Part shown: positions 1 to 8,504 of the stretch, one piece after another
Layout: every line of letters begins with the position of its first letter
Numbering within the stretch: the stretch's first letter is position 1
DNA from: Candidatus Dormiibacterota bacterium
GTDB lineage: Bacteria; Chloroflexota; Dormibacteria; Aeolococcales; Aeolococcaceae
DNA: 64,000 bases
Direction of reading: 5' to 3'
Assembly: GCA_963777445.1 (NCBI GenBank)
Contig: CAVZQR010000011.1
Location: 3,697 to 67,696 of the forward strand
Notes under the pieces: generated by a model
Database searches by the model: none
What the model saw: the letters and a program-made list of their open reading frames with translations, nothing else
What the model was told of the DNA's origin: nothing
Program-made: the position numbers and the translations under genes

Positions 1-1041
1 GACACGGCGATCCGTCGGTTCGAGGAGATGCTCCGCGTGTTCGGCGAGCGGGGCGACGAGGCGAGTTGCAGCGGCGTGCTCGCGCAGATGGCGACCATCC
101 ACGCTTTGACCGGGCGCCTCGACGTTGCGCGGCAACGTGCGGCGGAGGCCCTCGAGCTCGCTCATCAGACCGAACAGGAGACGTGGATCCACGTTGCTCT
201 CACCGTACAGGCGCAGGTATCGGCCCGCGCGGGTGAACTCGGTCCGGCGCGGGCGTTGGCAGATGAGGTGCTGCGCCTGCTCGAGCTCCAGCCCGATCCG
301 GCCATCGAGTGCATGGTGAGGGCGGTGCTCGGCCTCGTCGCGCTATCGGCCGGCCAGAGTAAAGAGGCTGTCCGCCAGTTCTCGCGCGTCGACGCATTCC
401 TCGCGTCGGTGCACAACAGTGAACCAGCGGCCGACCGCGTCCACGCGGACTACGCCGAGGCGCTCATCGATGTGGGCGATCTCGACCGGGCTGAGGAGGT
501 CGTTCTTCGCATGGAGGCACGTGCTCGGGCACTTCCGAGGCCGTGGATACTGGCCGTGAGCGCGCGCAGCCGTGGCCTGATGCTGTCTGCGCGCGGCGAC
601 CTCGACAGCGCCGCGCGCTCGATGCGCGAGGCGATCGCGCGGCACGAGGGCCTCGACATGCCTTTCGAGCGGGGCCGAACGTTGCTGGCGCTCGGCCAAG
701 TGCTGCGTCGGCGCAAGGAGCGGCGCGCAGCCAGGGCGGCCTTCGAAGAGGCGCTGGCGACGTTCGAAAGCCTCGGTGCGCAGCCGTGGGTCGAGCGCGC
801 TCGCGACGAGCTCGCGCGCGTTCCGGTGCGTCGCGCGCCCGCGTTTCTGACGCCGACCGAGGAGCGGATCGCACGGCTTGCCGCGTCGGGTCTGACCAAC
901 AAGGAGATCGCCAAGCGGGCATTCGTCACCGACAAGACCGTGGAGGCGAACCTGGCTCGCGCCTACGGCAAGCTCAACGTGCACTCTCGGGCGGAGCTCG
1001 GGCGGGTGATGTTCGAACGAGAGCGAGCGGTCAAAACATAG
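1..1041 (+). CDS. Large LuxR-family transcriptional regulator (TPR region plus C-terminal LuxR HTH), 5'-partial
   Basis: Frame is open from base 1. Helical TPR-like repeats precede the LuxR HTH LTPTEERIARLAASGLTNKEIAKRAFVTDKTVEANLARAYGKL. Confidence 0.9.
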   Translation, partial: DTAIRRFEEMLRVFGERGDEASCSGVLAQMATIHALTGRLDVARQRAAEALELAHQTEQETWIHVALTVQAQVSARAGELGPARALADEVLRLLELQPDPAIECMVRAVLGLVALSAGQSKEAVRQFSRVDAFLASVHNSEPAADRVHADYAEALIDVGDLDRAEEVVLRMEARARALPRPWILAVSARSRGLMLSARGDLDSAARSMREAIARHEGLDMPFERGRTLLALGQVLRRRKERRAARAAFEEALATFESLGAQPWVERARDELARVPVRRAPAFLTPTEERIARLAASGLTNKEIAKRAFVTDKTVEANLARAYGKLNVHSRAELGRVMFERERAVKT

Positions 1042-1088
1042 GGAAACACCGGATTCGGATATCAGCCCTTCGGCCCTAGCCTCGACTC

Positions 1089-1406
1089 GTGGCCGAATCG
1101 ATGAGCTTCGTCGCCGAGTGCTTCTGGACCGGGGTCAGAGGAGACGACCTGTCCGCGCTCGACCAGCGCGCACAGCGATCCGTTGCCAACCTGGCGAGCG
1201 AGGGCGAGCAGGTCCGATACCTCGGTTCGCTGCTGGTACGCGAGGACGAGGTCGTCCTCTGCTTCTTCGAAGGTTCCGCTGCAAGTGTGCGCAGGGTCGC
1301 AGAAGAGGCCGAGATCCCTTTCGATCGAATCCTGGAGACCACAGGGTCACATTGGCCGGTATCTCCGCCAGCAACGGATGATGCGCCGCCTCCAGAAGAC
1401 GCCTGA
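1089..1406 (+). CDS. Small DUF4242/SCO4226-like protein
   Basis: FVAECFW...VRYLGSLLVREDEVVLCFFEG...VRRVAEEAEIPFDRI resembles small proteins seen downstream of large LuxR regulators. Confidence 0.6.
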   Translation: MAESMSFVAECFWTGVRGDDLSALDQRAQRSVANLASEGEQVRYLGSLLVREDEVVLCFFEGSAASVRRVAEEAEIPFDRILETTGSHWPVSPPATDDAPPPEDA

Positions 1407-1517
1407 GTTCTGGTCATGAATGTCTATCACCCGCGCCGTCAGGCGCCGCAGCGGACCCCTCATGGGAGGCACCCGTCGCCCAGGGCCGCGAACAACCAAC
1501 GCAAGAGGAGACGAGAG

Positions 1518-1970
1518 ATGTCCAAATCGGTGCTTGTAGTTCTCGCCGGATTGACCGTCGCGCTGCTCGCTGGGTGCAGCGCGTCGACGACCACAGACAC
1601 GCCGACCCCCAGCGCGACGCAAACGGCACAACCCACGCCGACGCCCACGCCCATCCCGACGCCGACCGCGACCCCGGCGCCGGCCGCGGTCGACCTATCC
1701 GGGAGTTGGTCGGGGATGTACAGTGGCCCCTTCACCGGCACCTTCACGCTGACGTGGACCCAGACCGGGTCGGGCTTGGATGGCACCATCCATCTGTCGT
1801 CTCCCGCGGACACCCTCCATATCAACGGGACCGTGACGGGCAGCGCCATCGGCTTCGGCGCGGTCGGTGTCGTGACCTACTCCGGAACGGTCTCGGGCTC
1901 GAGCATGTCCGGGTCGTACATTGACGTGGCGAATGGCCAGAGCGGCTCCTGGAGCGCGACCAAGTCCTGA
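1518..1970 (+). CDS. Lipoprotein with Thr/Pro linker and small beta-rich domain (copy 1)
   Basis: RBS GAGGAG, lipobox LLAG-C, PT-repeat linker, DLSGSWSG...WSATKS domain. Confidence 0.8.
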   Translation: MSKSVLVVLAGLTVALLAGCSASTTTDTPTPSATQTAQPTPTPTPIPTPTATPAPAAVDLSGSWSGMYSGPFTGTFTLTWTQTGSGLDGTIHLSSPADTLHINGTVTGSAIGFGAVGVVTYSGTVSGSSMSGSYIDVANGQSGSWSATKS

Positions 1971-2197
1971 TGGCGAGAGCGCTTCTCCGCCTCGAAATGT
2001 GTGAGCCAGCGCACGTGAGCGTCAGACGCGATCTCACGACGCGACGGAGTAACCGCCATGCACGTCGATAACGCAAAGAATTTGAACGACGAGGGACATC
2101 CTCGATGAAACGACAACGGTGTATCAGCATGATCGCGGTCGCCCCTCAGCACCACGAGGATCGAGAGGGAGGCCCGGCGCCGGAAGGAGAAAATGCC

Positions 2198-3808
2198 ATG
2201 GTGAGGAAGTCTTCGAGGGAGAAAGGCGCGCACCGGCGGCGCCGGGTGATCAGCGTGTGGTTGGCCGCGCCGCTGCTGGCCGGGTTCGGCGCGCTCATCC
2301 CGGCGACATCGGGGCTGGCCACCGCCAACACTTGGACAACGGTGGCTCCGATGGCAGGAGGGCCGCGGGAGTCGCTGGCAACCGCCATTGGGCCGGATGG
2401 GCGGATCTACGCTATCGGCGGCTACGACGGCAGCAATGTGCTGGACCGGGTGGAGGCGTACGACGCCAGCACCAACACCTGGAGCGCGGAGGCCCCGATG
2501 CCCGGAGGCGGGCGATACGTCTTGGCGGCCGCCACCGGGCCGGACGGACGCATCTACGCGATTGGCGGCTCCGACGGCAGCAACATTCTCAACAGGGTGG
2601 AGGCATACGACACCAACTCCAACACCTGGAGCGCGGAGGCCCCGATGCCGGGGGGTGGGCGCGGATGGCTCGCGGCAGCCACTGGTCCCGACGGAAGGAT
2701 CTACGCGATCGGTGGGTACGACGGCGCGCGCCTCAACCGCGTGGAGGCCTACGACACCAGCACCAACACTTGGACCACCGTCGCATCGATGCCCGGTGGC
2801 GGGCGCAGCGATCTGGCCGCAGTCACCGGCCCGGACGGACGCATCTACGCGATCGGCGGCTCCGACGGCACCGCCTACATCCCTCGGGTGGAGGCATACG
2901 ACACGATCAGCAACACATGGTCCACGATGGCCCCGATGCCGGCGGGTGGGCGTGGCGATCTTGGCGCTGCGATGGGGCCTGACGGGCGGATCTACGTGGT
3001 CGGCGGCGCAAACGGTCCCGGCGGCTCAGGGCCCCTCGCCGCAGTCGAGGCGTACAACGCGAGCGGCAATACTTGGACCACCGCGCAGGCGATGGCGGCC
3101 GGTGCCCGCTCCTTCGTCGCGGCGGCCGCTGGGCCAGATGGGCGGATCTACACTATCGGCGGGTACGACGGCACCAACTACCTCGACCGCGTGGAGGCGT
3201 ACACCACCATCGGCGGGCGGTTGACCTCGAGCGGGGCCAGCATCAGTGCAACCGAGGGCCGGGCGTTCAGCGGAGTGACGGTTGCCAACTTCACCGACGC
3301 CGATGAGAACACCTCAGCGAGCGTGTATTCGGCGAGCATCAATTGGGGTGACACCACCAGCTCGGCGGGCACGGTCGTATCTGACAGCTCGGGCGCGTTC
3401 ACTGTCAGCGGGGGCCACACCTATGCCGAGGAGGGATCGTTCCTGATCACGGTGCAGATCAGCGACCTCGACGGGGGCAGCATCCTGGCGAGCGGTAGTG
3501 CCACCGTGGCGGATGCGGCGCTCACCGCCGGCGGTTTCCATCTGAGGATGCACAACCACGCGGTCAACGGGGCGGTAGCTATCTTCAGCGACGCTGACCT
3601 CAACGGCACTGTCGGCGACTACGCCGCAAGCATCAACTGGGGTGACGGGACGGTGAGCGCGGGGACAGTGGCAGCCAGCGGCAGCGCCTTCACGGTATCG
3701 GGAGTTCACCACTACAGCAAGAGCAAGCAGAAGGCCACGATCAAGATCACCATCAGCGACGTGGGAGGCAGTCACGCGACTGCGACCACGATCGCCAACG
3801 TGAGCTGA
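2198..3808 (+). CDS. Secreted Kelch-repeat beta-propeller protein with two C-terminal PKD/Ig-like domains
   Basis: RBS AAGGAG and signal peptide; six GPDGRIYxxGG..VEAY repeats; two YxASINWGD...FTVSGxHxY repeats. Confidence 0.85.
   Translation: MVRKSSREKGAHRRRRVISVWLAAPLLAGFGALIPATSGLATANTWTTVAPMAGGPRESLATAIGPDGRIYAIGGYDGSNVLDRVEAYDASTNTWSAEAPMPGGGRYVLAAATGPDGRIYAIGGSDGSNILNRVEAYDTNSNTWSAEAPMPGGGRGWLAAATGPDGRIYAIGGYDGARLNRVEAYDTSTNTWTTVASMPGGGRSDLAAVTGPDGRIYAIGGSDGTAYIPRVEAYDTISNTWSTMAPMPAGGRGDLGAAMGPDGRIYVVGGANGPGGSGPLAAVEAYNASGNTWTTAQAMAAGARSFVAAAAGPDGRIYTIGGYDGTNYLDRVEAYTTIGGRLTSSGASISATEGRAFSGVTVANFTDADENTSASVYSASINWGDTTSSAGTVVSDSSGAFTVSGGHTYAEEGSFLITVQISDLDGGSILASGSATVADAALTAGGFHLRMHNHAVNGAVAIFSDADLNGTVGDYAASINWGDGTVSAGTVAASGSAFTVSGVHHYSKSKQKATIKITISDVGGSHATATTIANVS
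2330..3205 (+). repeat. Intragenic ~144-bp tandem repeats (six Kelch blades)
   Basis: Recurring ggcccggacggacgcatctacgcgatcggcggc and gtggaggcntacgac blocks. Confidence 0.8.
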
Positions 3809-3836
3809 TCTCGGACGACGTCGCACGACTTTCTCA

Positions 3837-3882
3837 CGAGTGCGCCGTCGGCAGCAGCCCTCGGTCGCTGACGGCGCACTCG
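3837..3882. terminator. Strong hairpin between convergent genes
   Basis: Perfect 13-bp inverted repeat CGAGTGCGCCGTC...GACGGCGCACTCG; a second GC hairpin lies at 3974-3999. Confidence 0.55.
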
Positions 3883-4035
3883 ATTGATTCACCATATGGC
3901 GAGCGGACTCGGCACCATCAACGCCGCAGTCTTCATCGCGGCGCTCGCGACGCATTGACCAACGTGACGAGCCGGGGGCGGCGATGTGCCGCCGCCTCCT
4001 CGAGCAGACGAAGGGCCTGGGCTACACCGCAAGCG

Positions 4036-4497
4036 TCAGGACTTGGTCGCGCTCCACGAGCCCGACTGCCCGTTTGCGATATCAACGTAGGAGCCGGACA
4101 TGGTGCTGCCGGATACCGTTCCCGAATAGGTGACCACTCCGACGGCGCCGAAGCTGATCGAACTGCCGGTCACGTTGCCGCTGATGTGCAGGGTGTCGTG
4201 GGGTGAAGACAGCACGATCGTTCCGTTGAGTGCCGCAACACTCTGCGTCCAGGTGAGCGAGAAAGTGCCGTTGAACGGGCCGCTGTACTGTCCCGTCCAC
4301 GTTCCGGACAGGTCGACAGCCGGCGGGGTTTGGCTCGCGGTCGGCGTCGGCGTGGGAACGGGCGTCGCCGTCGCGGTCGGCGTCGCGCTCGAGGTGGCGG
4401 CAGGCGTGGGTGTCCCGCCGGTTGTCGATGCGCCGCATCCCGCCAACGCGATCGCCGCCACTGCCAGAACGGGGGCAAGGGACCTGTTGCTGATCAT
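4036..4497 (-). CDS. Lipoprotein, paralog of 1518-1970 (copy 2)
   Basis: Lipobox ALAG-C, PT linker, near-identical C-terminal domain (FGAVGVVTYSGTVSGS.MSGSY.D.ANGQSGSWSATKS). Confidence 0.8.
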   Translation of the reverse strand: MISNRSLAPVLAVAAIALAGCGASTTGGTPTPAATSSATPTATATPVPTPTPTASQTPPAVDLSGTWTGQYSGPFNGTFSLTWTQSVAALNGTIVLSSPHDTLHISGNVTGSSISFGAVGVVTYSGTVSGSTMSGSYVDIANGQSGSWSATKS

Positions 4498-4980
4498 TGC
4501 ATTGGCCTCGTCTTGTTTCACGGCTGGTTGCGGACATATCCGGAGCAGGTCCGGATGATGGTTTCCGATTCTAGAGCGTTCCTGGCGGTTGTCCAGCCGA
4601 CGCGGTTTGATTCCGGGCCGGGGAGCGGGGTTGGCACGGCTGAGTTGGTCGTGGCCACCGAATGCGGCAGCGCCGTGTCGAGCTCAGCCGCGTCGGCCAC
4701 GCCGAGGCCGACCCAACCCCCAACGCGCCTGCCGGTCCTCCGGCGGCACAGATCGCCACCGTGGGCATACAAGGGCTCGGGGAACCCTGACGATCGGGTC
4801 CATCCAGTGCGCGCAGCCGATCACTGGGCCCTGAAAGCGAAGAGAAGGGGCTAGAGGAGTGGAGCCTCTGAGCCCCCGAGGGGATACGTCTCGAGGTTAC
4901 GGGTCTCGGTTTCGAAGGCCCTTCCGTGGCGCCGACCGTCGGACGTTGGGCAGCCTCGAATTCGATGAGGCGCCTCATCG

Positions 4981-6216
4981 CTAACGCACCGCAGCAACGA
5001 ACTGCTCCTTGCGCCGGCCCGCGAGGTCCACGTCACGATCTTCGCCCTGGCCCAGATCAATGCCCGGGACAGCGAGGAACCGCACCGTGAGGAACACAAG
5101 GGCCGCGTTTCGCACAGCAACGCCGACGAAGAACACAGCGCCGTAGGTGGCAACGCCACCCTGACCCACGCCGACCGGCCAGAGCGCCGGGAATATCAGC
5201 GCCGTGAGCAGGCACACGATGAACCACCGAAGCTGGAAGCCCACCGTCAGGGCGAGGAGCGGCGCCACCCAGATCAAGTACTGCGCGCTCAGCACCTTGC
5301 TGGTGCAGAGCAGCACCAGCACGACAGCGACGGCTGCCTGCCCCGCAGAGAAACGTCCTCGGAGCTGCCCCCAGTAGACGCCGATAAGCCCGCAGAGCAG
5401 CGCCGCGTCCGCCAGCGCGTTGATCACCGGGCTCATGCCGCTCACGAGGTTGAACGACCCAAAACTGATGGTGGGACTCGCCGTGGCACCGAAGATCGAA
5501 CCCAGCCAGAGCACGGTGGCGGACACCGACTCGACCTCGACAGGGCGGCGCAGGTCGTACGCGATCGAGCTGAAGCCGTGGACGGGATCGACCAACCTGG
5601 CGGCGACGAATCCTGCTGCGACGATTACGGCGTAGGACGCGACCCCGATGGCCACGTGAGTCAATCGAGAACCGGGGTCGCCTCGACGTGCATGCCAGTG
5701 GGCTATGGCGGCCACCGGGAGGAGCACGAGAGGGAAGAGCTTTATGAGCGTGGCCACCGCGAGCAATGGATAGACCACGCTGAAGCGACCACGCTGCATC
5801 AGCCATACGGCGCCCACGGTGATCAGCGCTGGCGCGAGATCGAAGCGGAAGAGAAGGGTCGCAACTCCTGCCGCGACGACGTACAGGGCGTACGCGTTTG
5901 CCTGCCGCTGGGAGATCAGTCGCCGAAAGGCGACGTAGCCCAGCACCGCAATGACACCCATCCAGAACGCGAATACGTCCGGGTAAAACGCATCCGGACC
6001 CAGCAGCGTCAGCGAGAACGGCAGAATCGAGAGAGGTGGATACTCGGTCGGCAGCAGCGGATGCGACAGGTTGCCCCAGAAGCCGAGTGCGTAAATGTGG
6101 TAGAGGTCAACGTCGCCCTTCCTCCAGTCGCCGGCTGCATAGACGCTCACGACTGCTGCAACGAGGCCTGCGACCACCAGTGCGCGGAGCCATCGGGGAG
6201 AGCGGTCTAACGTCAC
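4981..6216 (-). CDS. GT87/DUF2029-like polytopic membrane glycosyltransferase
   Basis: GDVDLY, EYPPL, RFDL, KLFP and SKVLSAQYLIW motifs; about 10 TM segments. Confidence 0.75.
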   Translation of the reverse strand: MTLDRSPRWLRALVVAGLVAAVVSVYAAGDWRKGDVDLYHIYALGFWGNLSHPLLPTEYPPLSILPFSLTLLGPDAFYPDVFAFWMGVIAVLGYVAFRRLISQRQANAYALYVVAAGVATLLFRFDLAPALITVGAVWLMQRGRFSVVYPLLAVATLIKLFPLVLLPVAAIAHWHARRGDPGSRLTHVAIGVASYAVIVAAGFVAARLVDPVHGFSSIAYDLRRPVEVESVSATVLWLGSIFGATASPTISFGSFNLVSGMSPVINALADAALLCGLIGVYWGQLRGRFSAGQAAVAVVLVLLCTSKVLSAQYLIWVAPLLALTVGFQLRWFIVCLLTALIFPALWPVGVGQGGVATYGAVFFVGVAVRNAALVFLTVRFLAVPGIDLGQGEDRDVDLAGRRKEQFVAAVR

Positions 6217-6561
6217 CGGAGAGCGACGACAATGGGCCGTCCGCAGATCTTCACGTTTGCGATATCAGCTGTCAAATTCAGCGGCGTCCATCCGGAACGA
6301 GTTACTGGGTCGTGGCCATTACAGCAATTGTGGGCCCCGGCGCATGTTGGCGAGGCCGGCCACTTTGGGTGTCGGCAAAACGACCAAACCGAGTCGCAGT
6401 TCTCACGTCGGGTCGCCCATACTCGGAGTTACGTTTGGGCGGTGTTCCCGGGTCGGACTTGGATCGTGGGGCACAAAGCGAATCCGACCGGCCCGGCGGA
6501 CGCCGTCCGCCAAACGCGAAGATCCCACGGACGGCAACACCGCTGCGTAGACTGCGAATGC

Positions 6562-7419
6562 ATGGACTGGACTCTCATCGTCCAGACGGTGACGGCATCC
6601 GCAGTCGTGCTGATTGTGATCGCCGTGGCGGTGGCGATCGTCCTGTGGATACGCCACACCAGACGGCTGGATGCCACGATGCGAAACCTCTTGGCGGGAA
6701 ACGTAACGTTGCTCGAGGCGTCCGCTCAGCAGGCTGAAGCGGCGCGAGACCTGGCGGTGAAGGCGCACGAGGATCGCGCGTTCGCCACGAGGCCTCTGCT
6801 CATCCTGCTCGACGAGCCCCCGCTGGGCATTCGTGACCAGCCGTGGGCCGCGGTTCGCGTCCGCAACGTCGGCAATGGGCCGGCACTCAACTTCGTTGTG
6901 TGGATGCTTTCCGGAGGCGACCTTTACCGTTCGGCCGGCCCCGAGGCGAATGGATTTTCAGGAGCCCTTCATCTTGCGCCGGGGGACATCTTCGAGCCCG
7001 GACCGTTCCAGAACATGCTGGTCGTCGGTAAGGCACATGGCTACCTCGACCCCGGCTCGGCGGTCGTTGGTGATCATCCGGCGGGCAACCTCACCGCATA
7101 TTGCGGTGACCACCACGGGAATCGCTACCGATTCAACCTGCGCACCGCCGACCCACCCGAGGTCTGGGAGCGCGGGGCGGACGCACCGCCGTGGGCCGGG
7201 GCGTGGGACCCCCGGCTCTCGTCAGAGGAGCCGACGCAGCATGCGGACACCCGAATGCCCCCCATGCTGGAACGGGATGTGACTCAACTTCTTTCGGCGC
7301 TGCGCGACATCCTGGAGCGGCTTCAGGATGTCGGCCTCGAGGAGACCGACGTCCGCCTCACCGGCCGCGCGTCGCGGCCGCATGACGCCGAGCGACGAGG
7401 CAACTTCGACGCCCGCTAG
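6562..7419 (+). CDS. Hypothetical single-TM protein with coiled coil and beta-rich domain
   Basis: N-terminal hydrophobic helix and VRNVGNGPALN motif; start refined to ATG 6562. Confidence 0.6.
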   Translation: MDWTLIVQTVTASAVVLIVIAVAVAIVLWIRHTRRLDATMRNLLAGNVTLLEASAQQAEAARDLAVKAHEDRAFATRPLLILLDEPPLGIRDQPWAAVRVRNVGNGPALNFVVWMLSGGDLYRSAGPEANGFSGALHLAPGDIFEPGPFQNMLVVGKAHGYLDPGSAVVGDHPAGNLTAYCGDHHGNRYRFNLRTADPPEVWERGADAPPWAGAWDPRLSSEEPTQHADTRMPPMLERDVTQLLSALRDILERLQDVGLEETDVRLTGRASRPHDAERRGNFDAR

Positions 7420-8003
7420 CTCAGGCTGCGTTTGCCGAAGATCGAGCGAGCCTCCCTCAAACCGTAAACCACGATCACGAGTCCAGCCAGGGGATCGGCC
7501 CACCACGCGCCCGCGACGGCGTTGAGCAGGAGGCCGAGGAGCACCGCGCTCGACAGGAGTCCGTCGACGAACGTCACCCTGCCCTCGGCAACCAGCACCG
7601 GGTTACCGAGCGCCTTACCGGTCTTCGCCTTCCCCGAGGCCAGACCGAACATCACCGCCGCGGTCATCGCCGTCCAGGCGATCCCGACCCCGCTCGGGCG
7701 AGCATGGTGCGCGGTCGCGAACACAATTGCGGACTGCACCACGAGGTAGATCGCGAGAAGGATGAACGCGGCGCCGATGAGGCTGAGCGCCCGGCGCTGA
7801 CGGGCCTCGCCGCTGCCCGACAGCTCCCAGAGCACGACGGTGCTCGCACCGATCTCGACCAGGCTGTCCAGCCCGAAGCCGGCCAGCGCGACCGATCCTG
7901 CCGCGATGGCGGCCACGCCCAGGACGACGATGCCGACGACGTTCCAGCCGAGGGTCAGGCGTTCCAGGTTCATGCCGCGTTGCAGCAGCGGGACTGAGCT
8001 CAT
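7416..8003 (-). CDS. Short cation-efflux (CDF-like) membrane protein
   Basis: SVALAGFGLDSLVE and WWADPLAGL motifs; no cytoplasmic C-terminal domain. Confidence 0.75.
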   Translation of the reverse strand: MSSVPLLQRGMNLERLTLGWNVVGIVVLGVAAIAAGSVALAGFGLDSLVEIGASTVVLWELSGSGEARQRRALSLIGAAFILLAIYLVVQSAIVFATAHHARPSGVGIAWTAMTAAVMFGLASGKAKTGKALGNPVLVAEGRVTFVDGLLSSAVLLGLLLNAVAGAWWADPLAGLVIVVYGLREARSIFGKRSLS

Positions 8004-8144
8004 TCAGGGAATCGTCCTATGCCATGGTCTGATGAGCGGTCCCGGCGCCTCCGGAGACGTCGGGCCGCCGACGACCACCTCATAGACTTCGATCGCGGCA
8101 AACGTTACGCTAGGGATCTGGGGCACGCTTTGGGGGATGAGGGG

Positions 8145-8351
8145 ATGGACAAGGTACGGCTGTCGCCGGCAGAACAGAACCGCGCCAGGCAGTGGCTTGC
8201 CGACCTGCACGAGGATCTGGACCTGATCCGATATCCCACTCATGTGCAACTCTGGCGCACGGTCGACGAGGCGGCCCGGAGAGCGGACAGTCTCGCGCGC
8301 CTGGAATACGCATTGCGGCTGCCCACTCCGCCGGTGAAACGAATCCGGTAA
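8145..8351 (+). CDS. Small hypothetical protein (68 aa)
   Basis: RBS GAGGGG before ATG 8145; helical, protein-like composition. Confidence 0.45.
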   Translation: MDKVRLSPAEQNRARQWLADLHEDLDLIRYPTHVQLWRTVDEAARRADSLARLEYALRLPTPPVKRIR

Positions 8352-8504
8352 CGGTTGTCCGGCCACACGCAGTCAACCCCTTTCGGCGGCGAGTAATCTT
8401 GCCCCGATGACTTGCACCGCCTTCGGTGTCGCGAACCGGGCGGGTCGGCGTGCTGACAGCCGATGCGGCGGCTCCCTCCGCGGCGCGACTGCGATGGCCG
8501 ACGC

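Noticed and set aside
2330-3205. Periodic DNA repeats as a CRISPR array or DGR template/variable repeat
   Set aside because: They are in-frame Kelch blades; differences are not adenine-specific and there is no reverse transcriptase.
1690-4320. Invertible segment bounded by the inverted lipoprotein paralogs
   Set aside because: The repeats are diverged at many synonymous sites and no recombinase is nearby.
4518-4978. Small ORFs between the lipoprotein and GT87 genes
   Set aside because: No RBS, recognisable motif or convincing codon bias; more likely regulatory or degenerate sequence.
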